Positions 50,487-61,265 of a DNA stretch of 64,000 bases are shown piece after piece. A program made the position numbers and the translations under genes. Origin of the DNA: an uncultured Dehalococcoidia bacterium (GTDB lineage: Bacteria > Chloroflexota > Dehalococcoidia > Lucifugimonadales > Australimonadaceae). The stretch lies in contig CAZLKC010000007.1 in assembly GCA_964560025.1 (NCBI GenBank), positions 7,365 to 71,364 of the forward strand, in the 5' to 3' direction. Positions within the stretch are counted from its first letter, which is position 1. Each line of letters begins with the position of its first letter. Under the pieces are notes generated by a model. That model did not search any database. It saw only the letters and a program-made list of their open reading frames with translations, and was not told the origin of the DNA.

Positions 50487-51484
50487 TCTTCGCTCGCGAG
50501 GGCGGCGGCGACCTCGCGCCAGCGCTTGAGGCGCTTTGCGGGAAGTCCGGCGTCGGCGAGGGCGGCGAGCGCCTCTTGTGCGGCGCGACGCGCCTTCTCC
50601 TCGGCGTAGGCCTTGGAGCCCGTTTCGTCGAGGATGGAGCGGACGGCGTCCAGGTCGGCGGGGGTGAGGACGCGTTTGAAGTAGGCTTCGCCCAGGGCGC
50701 GCTTCTGAGGCAGCGGGGCATGTTCGAAGGCGTGGACGATTGGCAGGAGTTTGCTCTTGTTGAGGGCGCGGGGGCGGGCGACGGGCGACGGCGGCCACAG
50801 GTCGTTCACGTCGTCGCGCATCTGCGCGGCGAGACCCAACGCCTCGCCGAATGCTTGGAATGCCTGGACGGTCCCGGCGTCGCGCCCCACGGCGAGGGCG
50901 CCCATAGCGGCGGAGGCGCCGAACAGGGCGCCGCGCTTGGCGGACGCCATCGCTACGTACTGCGCTTCGGTTACGTCGAGGCGCTCCTGGTAGGCGAGGT
51001 CAAGGTAGTGGCCTTCGTAGTAGCGCAGCGCCGCCGCGTCTAGGATGGAGACCGCTTGCAGCGTCTGCCGCGAGGTCAGGCCGTGCGGGGCGTCGAGCAG
51101 GGCGAGGCGGGCGAGGGCGTGGAGGCCGTCGCCGACATTGATGGCTTGCGCGGGCCCCCAGAGCCACCAGACGGCGGGGCGCTCCCCGGCGGGGCCGTCG
51201 GCGGTCTGCATCTCCTCATGGACGAGGGCGGACTGGAAGACGAGTTCGGCGGCGGCGGCGGCGAGGCGAACGGGGGGCGCGTCGCGGCCTGCGGCCTCGA
51301 CGCACACCGCGCCGTACAACCTGTCCGGGGCGGGCGCAACCTCCGGCGCTCCGTCCTGCCCGATCCAGCCCATGTGGTAGCGCATCATGCGGTAGAGGGG
51401 CAGGTCGGACTGCGCGTCGAAGATGGCTCGAAGCGCCGCCTCGACTGGGCCGTGGTGGTCGAGCAGAAGGAGGGGCGCCCTCAC
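50483..51484 (-). CDS. Polyprenyl-synthase-like protein with a divergent first Asp-rich motif
   Basis: GTG 51484 (GTGA overlap with the tsaC stop) and ATGA overlap with the pgk start. The first motif reads LVHEEMQTAD where LIHDD..D is expected. The second motif, QMRDDVNDL, is retained. Confidence 0.7.
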   Translation of the reverse strand: MRAPLLLLDHHGPVEAALRAIFDAQSDLPLYRMMRYHMGWIGQDGAPEVAPAPDRLYGAVCVEAAGRDAPPVRLAAAAAELVFQSALVHEEMQTADGPAGERPAVWWLWGPAQAINVGDGLHALARLALLDAPHGLTSRQTLQAVSILDAAALRYYEGHYLDLAYQERLDVTEAQYVAMASAKRGALFGASAAMGALAVGRDAGTVQAFQAFGEALGLAAQMRDDVNDLWPPSPVARPRALNKSKLLPIVHAFEHAPLPQKRALGEAYFKRVLTPADLDAVRSILDETGSKAYAEEKARRAAQEALAALADAGLPAKRLKRWREVAAALASEE

Positions 51485-52119
51485 CTGCCCGTCTCCACCG
51501 CGTGGGCCACCTCGACGACGGCGCACAGCGCCTCGACGGAGACGGCGCCGCGCCGCAGCAGTCCCGCGGGAGCGCGGGTGAGGTCAAGGATGGTGGAGGG
51601 CGCGGCGGCGGGAGCGGGGCCGCCGTCCAGCAGCACGACGAGTTCAGTGCCCAGTTGGCGCTCCGCCTCGTCGGCGTCGGCAGGCGGCCGGCCGCCGTGC
51701 CGATTGGCGCTCGTGCCAGTGATGGGGCATCCGGCCAGGCGCGCGAGGGCGCGCGGCGTTGGGTGGTTCGGCAGACGCACGGCGACGGTGGGGCCGCCGG
51801 TGAGGTCGTCGGGCAGGCCGGGCGCGCGCTTGAGCACCAGAGTCAACGCGCCTGGCCAGAATCGCTCGGCGAGCAACCGCGCATCGGGCGGGATATCGGC
51901 GGCGACGCGCTCGAGGTCGTCGAGGTCGGCGATCAGCACGGGCATGCCCATAGCGGCGCCGCGCCCCTTGGCGGCGAGGGCGGCAGCGACGGCGCGCGGG
52001 TTGCGCGCGTCGGCGCCGAGGCCGTAGAGCGTGTCAGTTGGGTAGGCGACGAGGCCGCCGTCTCTGATAGCGGCGGCGGCGGCTTGCAAGCCCGCTTCGT
52101 TGTCGGCCAAACGCAACAT
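51481..52119 (-). CDS. tsaC: L-threonylcarbamoyladenylate synthase (TsaC/YrdC/Sua5 family, single domain)
   Basis: ...[22 protein letters not shown]...KGR....P..VL........FWPG.LTLVL....TVAVR.P.HP......L....P...TSAN. Confidence 0.88.
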   Translation of the reverse strand: MLRLADNEAGLQAAAAAIRDGGLVAYPTDTLYGLGADARNPRAVAAALAAKGRGAAMGMPVLIADLDDLERVAADIPPDARLLAERFWPGALTLVLKRAPGLPDDLTGGPTVAVRLPNHPTPRALARLAGCPITGTSANRHGGRPPADADEAERQLGTELVVLLDGGPAPAAAPSTILDLTRAPAGLLRRGAVSVEALCAVVEVAHAVETGR

Positions 52120-52160
52120 CGAGGGTCTCGCCTCAGTATAGCAGCGCGGCAGGGGCGCCG

Positions 52161-52192
52161 GGGCGCCCTTCGAGTTCCCTCAGGGCGAACGG
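52161..52192 (+). repeat. Module A copy
   Basis: gggcgcccttcgagttccctcagggcgaacgg. Confidence 0.8.
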
Positions 52193-52271
52193 ATGGAGGG
52201 AGCGCGGGGGCAAGGCGCAGCGCCTTTGCCCTTGGCACGGGGGTGCATTACTATGCGGAGCAGGGAATAGG

Positions 52272-53953
<1,682 letters not shown>

Positions 53954-53971
53954 GGGGGCGGAGCCTAGCCC

Positions 53972-55264
53972 GTGCGCGCGCTGGTGCTGGGCGGCGGCGG
54001 GCGGGAGCACGCCATCTTGTGGAAGTTGGCGCAAAGCCCTCGCGCGCCCGAACTCTTCCAAGCCTCCGCCAACCTCGGCGCGCGCGGCCTGGCGCAGGCG
54101 GCGGGCGTCGCGCCGGAGGACGCGGTCGGCGTGGTCGACTTCGTCGAACGGAACGCGATTGACCTGACCATCGTCGGGCCGGAGGCGGTGTTGTTGGCGG
54201 GGGTTACGGACGCGCTGCGCGCTCGCGGCCACGCAGTGGTGGGACCGAGCCATGCGGCGGCGCGCATCGAGTGGAGCAAGACGTTCGCCAAGCAGGTTAT
54301 GGCGCAGGCGAGCGTGCCGACGGCGGTCTCCGAGACGTTCACCAATTCCGGCGCGGCCAAAGAGTACGTCCGCAGGCGGGGGGCGCCCATCGTCGTGAAG
54401 GCGGACGGCCTGGCCGCAGGGAAGGGCGTTACGGTCGCGGCGTCCGTGGAAGAGGCGGCGGCGGCTATCGACGCGGCTATGGCGGAGCGCGTCTTCGGCG
54501 ACGCAGGCGCAACGGTGGTGGTCGAGGATTGCCTGGCCGGCGAGGAGGTGAGCGTCTTCTGTTTCACGGACGGGGAGAGCGCGTCGCCGCTAATTGCGGC
54601 GCGCGATTACAAGCGCGTCTTCGAGGGCGACCAAGGCCCTAATACGGGCGGGATGGGCGGCTACAGCCCCCCGCCCTACTGGGACGCGGCGTTGGAGCGG
54701 CGCGTTCGCGAGAGGTGCATAGAGCCGGTGCTCCGCCAATTAGCCGCGATGGGCATCCCCTACGTGGGCGTGCTCTACGGCGGCCTGATGCTGACGGACG
54801 ACGGCCCGCAGGTCATCGAGTTCAACGCGCGCCTCGGCGATCCGGAGGCGCAGCTCATCCTGCCTCGCCTCGAGAATGACCTGCTCGACGTTGCGGAGGC
54901 GGTCGCGCACGGCGGCATGGGCGCGTTGGAACTGCGCTGGTCGCCGACGGCGACGGTGGGCGTAACGCTCGCGTCGGGCGGCTATCCCGGCGCATACGAG
55001 ACGGGCAAACCCATCCATGGACTGGACTCGCTGCCAAGCGGCGTAACCGCGTTCTACTCCGCAGTCGGCGAGGACGGCGGCGGCGCGCCCATCACGGACG
55101 GGGGGCGCGTGGTTACGCTGGTCGGCCAAGCCGTGACACACGCGGAGGCGCGCCGCCTCGCTTACGATGCGGCGGGGCAGGTGCGGTTCGAGGGCGCGCA
55201 CTACCGGCGAGACATCGCGGCGTTCGCGGGGGGATGGTCTCACCCTGATCTTCCATTCGCTTGA
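53972..55264 (+). CDS. purD: Phosphoribosylamine-glycine ligase
   Basis: MRALVLGGGGREHAILWKLAQSP..., ...VVKADGLAAGKGV.V..., NTGGMG.YSP, EFNARLGDPE. Confidence 0.93.
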   Translation: MRALVLGGGGREHAILWKLAQSPRAPELFQASANLGARGLAQAAGVAPEDAVGVVDFVERNAIDLTIVGPEAVLLAGVTDALRARGHAVVGPSHAAARIEWSKTFAKQVMAQASVPTAVSETFTNSGAAKEYVRRRGAPIVVKADGLAAGKGVTVAASVEEAAAAIDAAMAERVFGDAGATVVVEDCLAGEEVSVFCFTDGESASPLIAARDYKRVFEGDQGPNTGGMGGYSPPPYWDAALERRVRERCIEPVLRQLAAMGIPYVGVLYGGLMLTDDGPQVIEFNARLGDPEAQLILPRLENDLLDVAEAVAHGGMGALELRWSPTATVGVTLASGGYPGAYETGKPIHGLDSLPSGVTAFYSAVGEDGGGAPITDGGRVVTLVGQAVTHAEARRLAYDAAGQVRFEGAHYRRDIAAFAGGWSHPDLPFA

Positions 55265-55289
55265 CACCCGCGCGATGGCGACGTACAAT
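55261..55289 (+). promoter_or_regulatory. Near-consensus sigma70-type promoter of vapBC
   Basis: TTGACA-17 nt-TACAAT, overlapping the purD stop codon. It is followed by two CCGTAC boxes (55295-55300 and 55309-55314, the second inside the palindrome CCGTACGG) before GTG 55326. Confidence 0.55.
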
Positions 55290-55325
55290 CCTTTCCGTAC
55301 AAAATAATCCGTACGGAGAAGTGAA

Positions 55326-55577
55326 GTGGCGAGCAGGCTGGACGTGCGGCTCGATGCCGAGCATCGGCGGCGGCTTGAGGAGTTGGCCGAGACGGAGGAG
55401 CGTCCGATCTCCGAAGTGGTGCGCGACCTTATCGACAGCGGCTATGAGGACATCTTGCGGGAGCGGCGCAGGCAAGCGGTCGAACGCCTGGTGCAGTTGA
55501 GCGTGAACGACACGCCCGACCCGGACGCCCTCGCCCGCGAATTGGAGGCCGCCCATGAGCCAGGCGGTCTTCGTTGA
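55326..55577 (+). CDS. vapB: Ribbon-helix-helix (CopG-like) antitoxin
   Basis: 83 aa. The RLDVRLDAEHRRRLEELAETEERPISEVVRDLI pattern is RHH. It overlaps the downstream PIN gene by 23 nt. Confidence 0.8.
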   Translation: MASRLDVRLDAEHRRRLEELAETEERPISEVVRDLIDSGYEDILRERRRQAVERLVQLSVNDTPDPDALARELEAAHEPGGLR

Positions 55578-56013
55578 CGCGAACGTCCCCATCTACGCCG
55601 CCGGACGCGCGCACGCCTGCAAGCAGCCGTGCGCCCGGGTTCTCCGCCTAGCTGCGGAAGCGCCACAGGTTTTCGTAACCACTTCGGAAGTCCTCCAAGA
55701 ATTGGTGCATTTCTACCTGGCTCGAGGGCGCTGGGCGCTGGGAAGAGAGGTCGTGCATTCTTTCGGTGAGGTGCTCAGCGGGCAAGTCGAGTCCGTCCAT
55801 GCGGAGGACATCATCGCGGCAGCGAACTTGGCCGACCACCATCAGGGAATCAGCGCGCGCGACCTCGTCCATGCTGCGGTGATGCAGCGATTGGGGTTGA
55901 GCCGCATTGTCTCGACCGACGCCGACTTTGACCGCATTGAGGGCCTCGAGAGACTAGACCCCGTCCGCATCGATGAGTGGGAGGGTTCGCTGCTCCCCGG
56001 CCCTAGCGGCTAA
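55555..56013 (+). CDS. vapC: PIN-domain ribonuclease toxin
   Basis: 152 aa: VFVDANVPIYA...TSEVLQEL...ARDLVHAAVM......IVSTDADFDRI shows the PIN acidic residues. Confidence 0.85.
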   Translation: MSQAVFVDANVPIYAAGRAHACKQPCARVLRLAAEAPQVFVTTSEVLQELVHFYLARGRWALGREVVHSFGEVLSGQVESVHAEDIIAAANLADHHQGISARDLVHAAVMQRLGLSRIVSTDADFDRIEGLERLDPVRIDEWEGSLLPGPSG

Positions 56014-56022
56014 CGCGCCATC

Positions 56023-56050
56023 GGGGGCGACCAGCAGGTCGTCCCTGCAA
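56023..56050 (+). repeat. Decayed module C copy
   Basis: gggggcgaccagcaggtcgtccctgcaa. Confidence 0.6.
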
Positions 56051-56093
56051 TATGTCTCCTGCTGCCCGGTTGACCGCTCCGGCCTTCCCTGCC

Positions 56094-57050
56094 CTACGCG
56101 TCGATTACCTCGCGCTTCAGGAGGGCTAGTTGCTGCTGGCGGGCTTCGCCTCGGGCGAAGAGGAAGCAGTAGAGGCGCTCGACGCCCTCGCTGCGCAACC
56201 GGTTGACGCGCTCGACTACGGAGGCGGGTGTTCCTGCGATGGCGAGGTGGTCGACCAACTCCTTGGCGACGGCGGGGTCTACGGCGGCGGGGTCGGACTC
56301 CTCGGGGACGGAGAGGCCGACGGCTTGGAGGCCGTCGTTGAAGAAACCCATCTTGAGCCAGGTGAAGACGACGGGCCAGACGCGCGCGTGGGCGGCGTCG
56401 GGGTCGTCGGCGATGGAGACGGCGGCATTGTGGGTTACGGGGATGGAGGCGGGGTCGCGTCCAGCGACGGCGGCGCCCTCGGCGATGCGCTTGGCCGATT
56501 GGGCGCGGAAGGGCGCGCTGAGACCCGCGAGCAGCATCGCCTCGTCGCCCAACTCGCCCGCCGTGCGCAGGGCGCGCGGGCCGCTGGCGGTGACCATCAG
56601 CGGCGGGGGCGGCTCGGCGGGGTCTTCGATGCGGCCGTTGGGGTTCGTGCCGAACGGGACGGTCTCGCCGTGGAGCAGGGCTCGGATGGAGACGAGCGCG
56701 TCGCGGAAGGCCTGGACGGTGGCGGGGGTGGTGCCGAGGTTCTGAATCACGCTGTCGCCGGTGCCGATGCCCATCTTGGTGCGGCCGGGGTAGAGCTCAG
56801 CGAGCGTGTTGGCGACGACGGCGAGGTGGAAGGGGTGGCGCGACTTGGGGTTGGTTACGGCGGTGTAGAGGGAGATGGCGCTGGTGCGGGCGGCGGCAAG
56901 GCCGAGGATGACGAAAGCGTCCTTGCCGTCCTCCACGTGGTCGGCGACGCCGGTTCCGGCGAAGCCGAGTTGCTCGGCCTGCTCGATGGCGGCGATCTGG
57001 TCGGCGATGGAGCCGCCGGGGCCGGTGGCGAGGTGCAGTTCGAAGGGCAT
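56094..57050 (-). CDS. LLM-class (luciferase-like) flavin/F420-dependent oxidoreductase
   Basis: From ATG 57050: MPFELHLATGPG.......I..AE.LGF....VADH....DAF..L...A..T..I.L.T.V.NP..RHP. This is the real part of track ORF 56094..57221. Confidence 0.8.
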   Translation of the reverse strand: MPFELHLATGPGGSIADQIAAIEQAEQLGFAGTGVADHVEDGKDAFVILGLAAARTSAISLYTAVTNPKSRHPFHLAVVANTLAELYPGRTKMGIGTGDSVIQNLGTTPATVQAFRDALVSIRALLHGETVPFGTNPNGRIEDPAEPPPPLMVTASGPRALRTAGELGDEAMLLAGLSAPFRAQSAKRIAEGAAVAGRDPASIPVTHNAAVSIADDPDAAHARVWPVVFTWLKMGFFNDGLQAVGLSVPEESDPAAVDPAVAKELVDHLAIAGTPASVVERVNRLRSEGVERLYCFLFARGEARQQQLALLKREVIDA

Positions 57051-57051
57051 A

Positions 57052-59241
57052 TTAGGTGTCTCCTTGGGCGGTCGGGGTTGGTTCGAGCGTCGCCTGGGAC
57101 GCGGGGCGCAGCCTGCCGTAGATGATAGCCGCAGCGGCGAGCGCGATGGTGAGCACGGGCGCGATAAGCAGCGCGGCCTCGTTGCTGCGCAGCAGCGCGT
57201 AGAAGGATACCGCGCCCACAACGTAGAAGGGCGCGCGCGCCGCCGGATGCAGCATCGCGCCCACCCATCCGCCGCTGGCCATCTGTATGCCGACGAGCAC
57301 GATGGCTAGGGAGAGCACCACCGGCAGGGTGGCGAGGCCGTTGTCGGGGATGTCCCGCAGCAGCAGCAGGTCGTCCGGCGCGAGCAGCAGGACGATGGGG
57401 AAGACGTAGAAGGGCCACGCCATCTTCACCAGTTGCCACGAGACCTTGCCGTAGGTTGTTCCGGCGAGCGCCGCCGCCACCAGCGCGCTGCCGGCCACAG
57501 GGGGGACGATGAGGCTCAGTGAGCCCATGTAGAAGGCGACGAAGTGCGACGCGCGCACGTCCACCCCCATCCCGGCGAGGATGGGCACGAAGGTGACGGT
57601 AACCAGGAAGTAGATGGCAAGGTTGGGCAGTCCGGCGGCCATGATGACCGAAAGGACGATGAGCAGCGCTCCGGCCAAGGCGACGCTGCCGCCGCTCAGG
57701 TCTTCCACGATGCCGCCGAAGCGCGTCCCCACGCCGGTGTGCCCGATGGTGTCGGCGAGGATGGTTACGATGACCAGCACGACGGAGACGGCGCTGGCGT
57801 AGAAGGCGGCGTTCTTCATCCCGTTCGACCAGACCGACCATCGCGTTTCCACACGCAGAATCACGCCCAACATCAGCGTCGCCATCAGCGCGGCGGGCAC
57901 CGCCGTCCGCAGCGTGAACCCCTCCAGCACTAGGGCGATGATGACGCCCACGGGCACGGCGGCGATGGCCGCCGAGCGCACGTACATTCCCATCGGGCTG
58001 CGGGTGAGGAGCGCCAGCGCGACGGAGGCCAAGACGCCGCCCAAGACCATAACGAAGGCGGACATCAGCACGGGGAAGGCACCGTCGCCGAACAGCAGCC
58101 AGGGGAAGATGCGAATGGTGGTGAGGTTCAGCAGCAGGAGCAGGAGCGGGACGAAGACGATCAGCGCGTTGCGCACGTAGGGCCACGTTTCCTGGTCGGC
58201 CTGGGGCTGGGCGGCGACCTCCGCCGCCGTCGCCTCCACGCGCTTGATGCGGTGGGCGTTGCGCTTGGCGTGGCCGATGATGTAGGCCGCCGTACCGATG
58301 TACCACATCGCCGCGGGGATGATGGCCATGCGGATGACCTCGAGGTAGCTGATGCCCAAGAGGTTCGCCATAACGAAGGCGACGATGCCGAGGATGGGCG
58401 GCGTGATGGTGGAGGCGTTGGAGGCGACGCCCTCGATGCCGCCGCCCTCTTCCGGCGTGTAGCCGCCGCGCACCATCGCGGGGATGGTGATGGGGCCGGT
58501 GATGGCGACGTTGTTGGGGCCTGCGCCGACAAAGGAGCCGGCGATGCCGGACGCGATCAGCGCGCCCATCGCTGGGCCGCCCACCAGGCGGCGTGAGAAG
58601 GCGCGCGCCATGCCAACCACCACGAGGCTCGCCCCCGCCGCCGCCAGCATAATGCCCCAGAAGATGAGGAGCCACAGGAAGCGCGAGGCCTGGTCGACGA
58701 CGCCGGTGTGCTGCTTCTGGGCGATGCGCGTGAGCACCTCCTCTACCTCGAAGTCGGCGCCCCGCAGGAAGCCGGGCATGAACCCCGCCGTGAAGTGGTA
58801 GGTGATGAAGATCGCGCCCAAGATGGGGAACACCCACCCGAAGTACATATAGGAGACGGCGAGCACCGAGAGGAGGATCACCATCCCCAGCACCATGTCG
58901 GGCCAGGTGCCGAAGCGCGAGCGGTAGAAGAAGTCCTCCGCTACTTGGAAGAAGTAGATCTCGGCGATGGCGACGCCGATCATCAGCAGAACGGCGACCG
59001 CCCAGCGCGGCGTCGTGCGCTTGCGCATCACGAAGCCCAACAAGCCGATCCAGATGGCGAAGGCGAGGTGGGCGTTCTGGTAGGCCTGGACGGGCGGGTC
59101 CCATCGGAACTGGCCGAGGCCCATCGCCAGCATCGCCGCGAGCGAGAACCAGAACACGCCCGTCACGACGGAGTCGAGGCGGTCGGGCTTCCTCTCTTGT
59201 TGCGCGCCCCTGTCTTCTGCCATGCCTGTCTCCCGCGCCAA
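57052..59241 (-). CDS. TRAP transporter fused (4TM/12TM) permease, TAXI-type
   Basis: 729 aa polytopic protein. ...GGPAMGALIASGIAGSFVGAGPNNVAITGPITIPAMVRGGY.PEEGGGIEGVASNASTITPPILG is typical of fused TRAP permeases. Its stop lies 1 nt from the LLM start. Confidence 0.85.
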   Translation of the reverse strand: MARETGMAEDRGAQQERKPDRLDSVVTGVFWFSLAAMLAMGLGQFRWDPPVQAYQNAHLAFAIWIGLLGFVMRKRTTPRWAVAVLLMIGVAIAEIYFFQVAEDFFYRSRFGTWPDMVLGMVILLSVLAVSYMYFGWVFPILGAIFITYHFTAGFMPGFLRGADFEVEEVLTRIAQKQHTGVVDQASRFLWLLIFWGIMLAAAGASLVVVGMARAFSRRLVGGPAMGALIASGIAGSFVGAGPNNVAITGPITIPAMVRGGYTPEEGGGIEGVASNASTITPPILGIVAFVMANLLGISYLEVIRMAIIPAAMWYIGTAAYIIGHAKRNAHRIKRVEATAAEVAAQPQADQETWPYVRNALIVFVPLLLLLLNLTTIRIFPWLLFGDGAFPVLMSAFVMVLGGVLASVALALLTRSPMGMYVRSAAIAAVPVGVIIALVLEGFTLRTAVPAALMATLMLGVILRVETRWSVWSNGMKNAAFYASAVSVVLVIVTILADTIGHTGVGTRFGGIVEDLSGGSVALAGALLIVLSVIMAAGLPNLAIYFLVTVTFVPILAGMGVDVRASHFVAFYMGSLSLIVPPVAGSALVAAALAGTTYGKVSWQLVKMAWPFYVFPIVLLLAPDDLLLLRDIPDNGLATLPVVLSLAIVLVGIQMASGGWVGAMLHPAARAPFYVVGAVSFYALLRSNEAALLIAPVLTIALAAAAIIYGRLRPASQATLEPTPTAQGDT

Positions 59242-59314
59242 GCGCGGCCTCCCGGCGGCTAGCAGACGGCATTATAAGCAGGGGCGGCGCCGGGGGTGAA
59301 CAGGGAAGAGCGCC

Positions 59315-59548
59315 TTAGCGGTTTTCCCACATTGCCAGTTCGTCGGTCGGCAGCGATTCGGAGAACTCGCCGCCGACCGCGACCACGCCCTTCCACGCGC
59401 CCGGCTCCCGCTTGCCGGGCGGCTTGTAGGGCGTCAACAGGGCAACGGGCGCGCCATCCTGAGCGATGATCACTTCCTCACCCTGTTCCACTAGCGCTAG
59501 CAGCGCAGGCAGGTCGACCTCCGTCTTATGAACGTCTAGCGTAAGCAC
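59315..59548 (-). CDS. Phd/YefM-family type II antitoxin (no adjacent toxin gene)
   Basis: 77 aa from GTG 59548: ...DLPALLALVEQGEEVIIAQDGAPVALLTPY... plus the C-terminal ...LPTDELAMWE. Confidence 0.7.
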   Translation of the reverse strand: MLTLDVHKTEVDLPALLALVEQGEEVIIAQDGAPVALLTPYKPPGKREPGAWKGVVAVGGEFSESLPTDELAMWENR

Positions 59549-59662
59549 GACTGTCTCATTTCTTGCGGAATTCGTAACACTAGATTAGCACATCCGCGGG
59601 GCGGCACTGCGATTGCGGGGACCTTGCGTAACTAGCCGCCACGGGGTGCCGGAGATGGCGGC

Positions 59663-59692
59663 GGGGGCGACCAGCAGTTCGCTCCTACAGGG
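59663..59692 (+). repeat. Decayed module C copy
   Basis: gggggcgaccagcagttcgctcctacaggg. Confidence 0.6.
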
Positions 59693-59782
59693 AAGGCCGC
59701 CCACGCCATATCCGTCATTCCCGATATGCGAAGGGGTGGCTGGCGCATTCAGAGTAAGGTGTTCGGCGTTCGCGCCCCGCAG

Positions 59783-59859
59783 CCCCCGTGTCGTCGGGGC
59801 GGGTTTTGGGGGTTACGGGACGCCGCGCGTCGAGGTTCCTGCCTCCGCAGGAACGACGG
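59783..59859 (+). repeat. Intergenic repeat: module D plus B hairpin
   Basis: cccccgtgtcgtcggggcgggttttgggggttacgggacgccgcgcgtcgaggttcctgcctccgcaggaacgacgg. Confidence 0.85.
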
Positions 59860-59875
59860 AAAGGATGACCGCGCC

Positions 59876-61162
59876 TTATGCGGCGATCATGGCGGCTTCT
59901 CTGCCCTCTTGCGTAGCGACGTTAAGGCGGCGCAGGCGGGGGCTGAGGAGCCACATCGCGCTGGCGTTGAGGAAGACCACTGCACCGCCTAAGGCGAGCG
60001 CGGCGGGCGCGCCGATGAATCCGGCGACGTAGTTCAGCCCCGCCGCGCCGATGGTCGGCAGTATCCACGACAGCCCCCACAGGCTCATCACGCGCCCGCG
60101 CAAGCCGTCGGGGACAAGCGTCTGCATCGTCACCTCGACGGCCATCATATAGGCGAGGGAGCCCGCGCCGATGAGCACCTGGAGCGCGGCGCCTGTCCAC
60201 AAGTCTCTCGTGAAGGCGAAGGCGGTCAGCGAGGCGCCGAACAGCATCCCTTGCAGCGCCATCGCCTTGCCGGTCGGGACGCGGCGGAGGACGGCTGGCG
60301 TGGTCAGCACCGCGATGAAGGAGCCCGCACCGCCGCTCGCCCACAGCAGCGACAGGCCGGACGGCCCGGTCTCCAGCACCTCGCCCGCGAACACGGGCAG
60401 CACGAAGATGTAGCCGAGGCCGGACAGGGAGCTGACGTAGGTCATGCCGATGACGATGCGGAAGAGGGGTTGGCGGCGGACGTAGCCGACGCCCTCGGCG
60501 AGGTTGCGCAGCACGCTCGCGCGGCCGTCGGCCGCGCCCGGCGCGACGGAGACGCGCAGGATGAGGGCGGACATCACGAGGAAGGTTGCGGCGCTGAGCG
60601 CGAAGGCCGGCCCTGCGCCCTGGTTCGGCCCTGCCCCGGCGTAGGCGACCACGGCGCCGCCGATGGCGGGCGCGATAGGCCGGGCGAACTGCCACGTCAT
60701 CGCGTTCAGGGGCACGGCTTGCGCGAGCAGCGAACGGTCGGGCAGCAGGCGCGGATAGAGCGCCTGGCGGCTCGGTTGGTCGAACGACTGCGCGACGCCC
60801 GTAAGGAAGGCGGCCAACAACAGATGCCACGGCTCGACCCTGCCCATGATGGTCAGAGCGGCGAGGCCGCCTACCACGACCGCCGCGCACGCCTGCGACC
60901 CGGCGATGACGCGCCGTTGGTCGAGCCGGTCGGCGAATACGCCGCCGAACAGCGCCACCAGCAACTGCGGCAGGCCGATGAATAGGGTTACGGAGCCGAC
61001 GAAGGCGGGCGATTCGGTCAGGTGGAAGGAGAGCCAGCCGATGGTGAACCACATCATCTGCTGGCCAATCACCTGCGCCAGCAGCCCCGCCCAGTAGAGG
61101 CGAAAGTCTCGGTTGCGCAGCACGGCGAACAGGCGGAACTGAGCGGCTACGGCGGAGAGCAT
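59876..61162 (-). CDS. MFS transporter (EntS/MFS_3-like)
   Basis: 428 aa: ...LRNRDFRLYWAGLLAQVIGQQMMWFTIGWL..., 12 TM. Confidence 0.85.
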   Translation of the reverse strand: MLSAVAAQFRLFAVLRNRDFRLYWAGLLAQVIGQQMMWFTIGWLSFHLTESPAFVGSVTLFIGLPQLLVALFGGVFADRLDQRRVIAGSQACAAVVVGGLAALTIMGRVEPWHLLLAAFLTGVAQSFDQPSRQALYPRLLPDRSLLAQAVPLNAMTWQFARPIAPAIGGAVVAYAGAGPNQGAGPAFALSAATFLVMSALILRVSVAPGAADGRASVLRNLAEGVGYVRRQPLFRIVIGMTYVSSLSGLGYIFVLPVFAGEVLETGPSGLSLLWASGGAGSFIAVLTTPAVLRRVPTGKAMALQGMLFGASLTAFAFTRDLWTGAALQVLIGAGSLAYMMAVEVTMQTLVPDGLRGRVMSLWGLSWILPTIGAAGLNYVAGFIGAPAALALGGAVVFLNASAMWLLSPRLRRLNVATQEGREAAMIAA

Positions 61163-61265
61163 AAGGCTGCTAGTGTATATGCGGCGGTTGACGATGAGGC
61201 GGCGCGCGCCTACGCTAGCCGTGCGCGGGGCGCCGCCCCGAAACGCCCCTCAGGAGAATCGCGAT

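Noticed and set aside
57052-59241. The absence of a TAXI-type substrate-binding gene next to the fused TRAP permease
   Set aside because: The SBP gene may simply lie elsewhere in the genome, outside this window. The region upstream holds only the orphan antitoxin and repeats, so this cannot be evaluated here.
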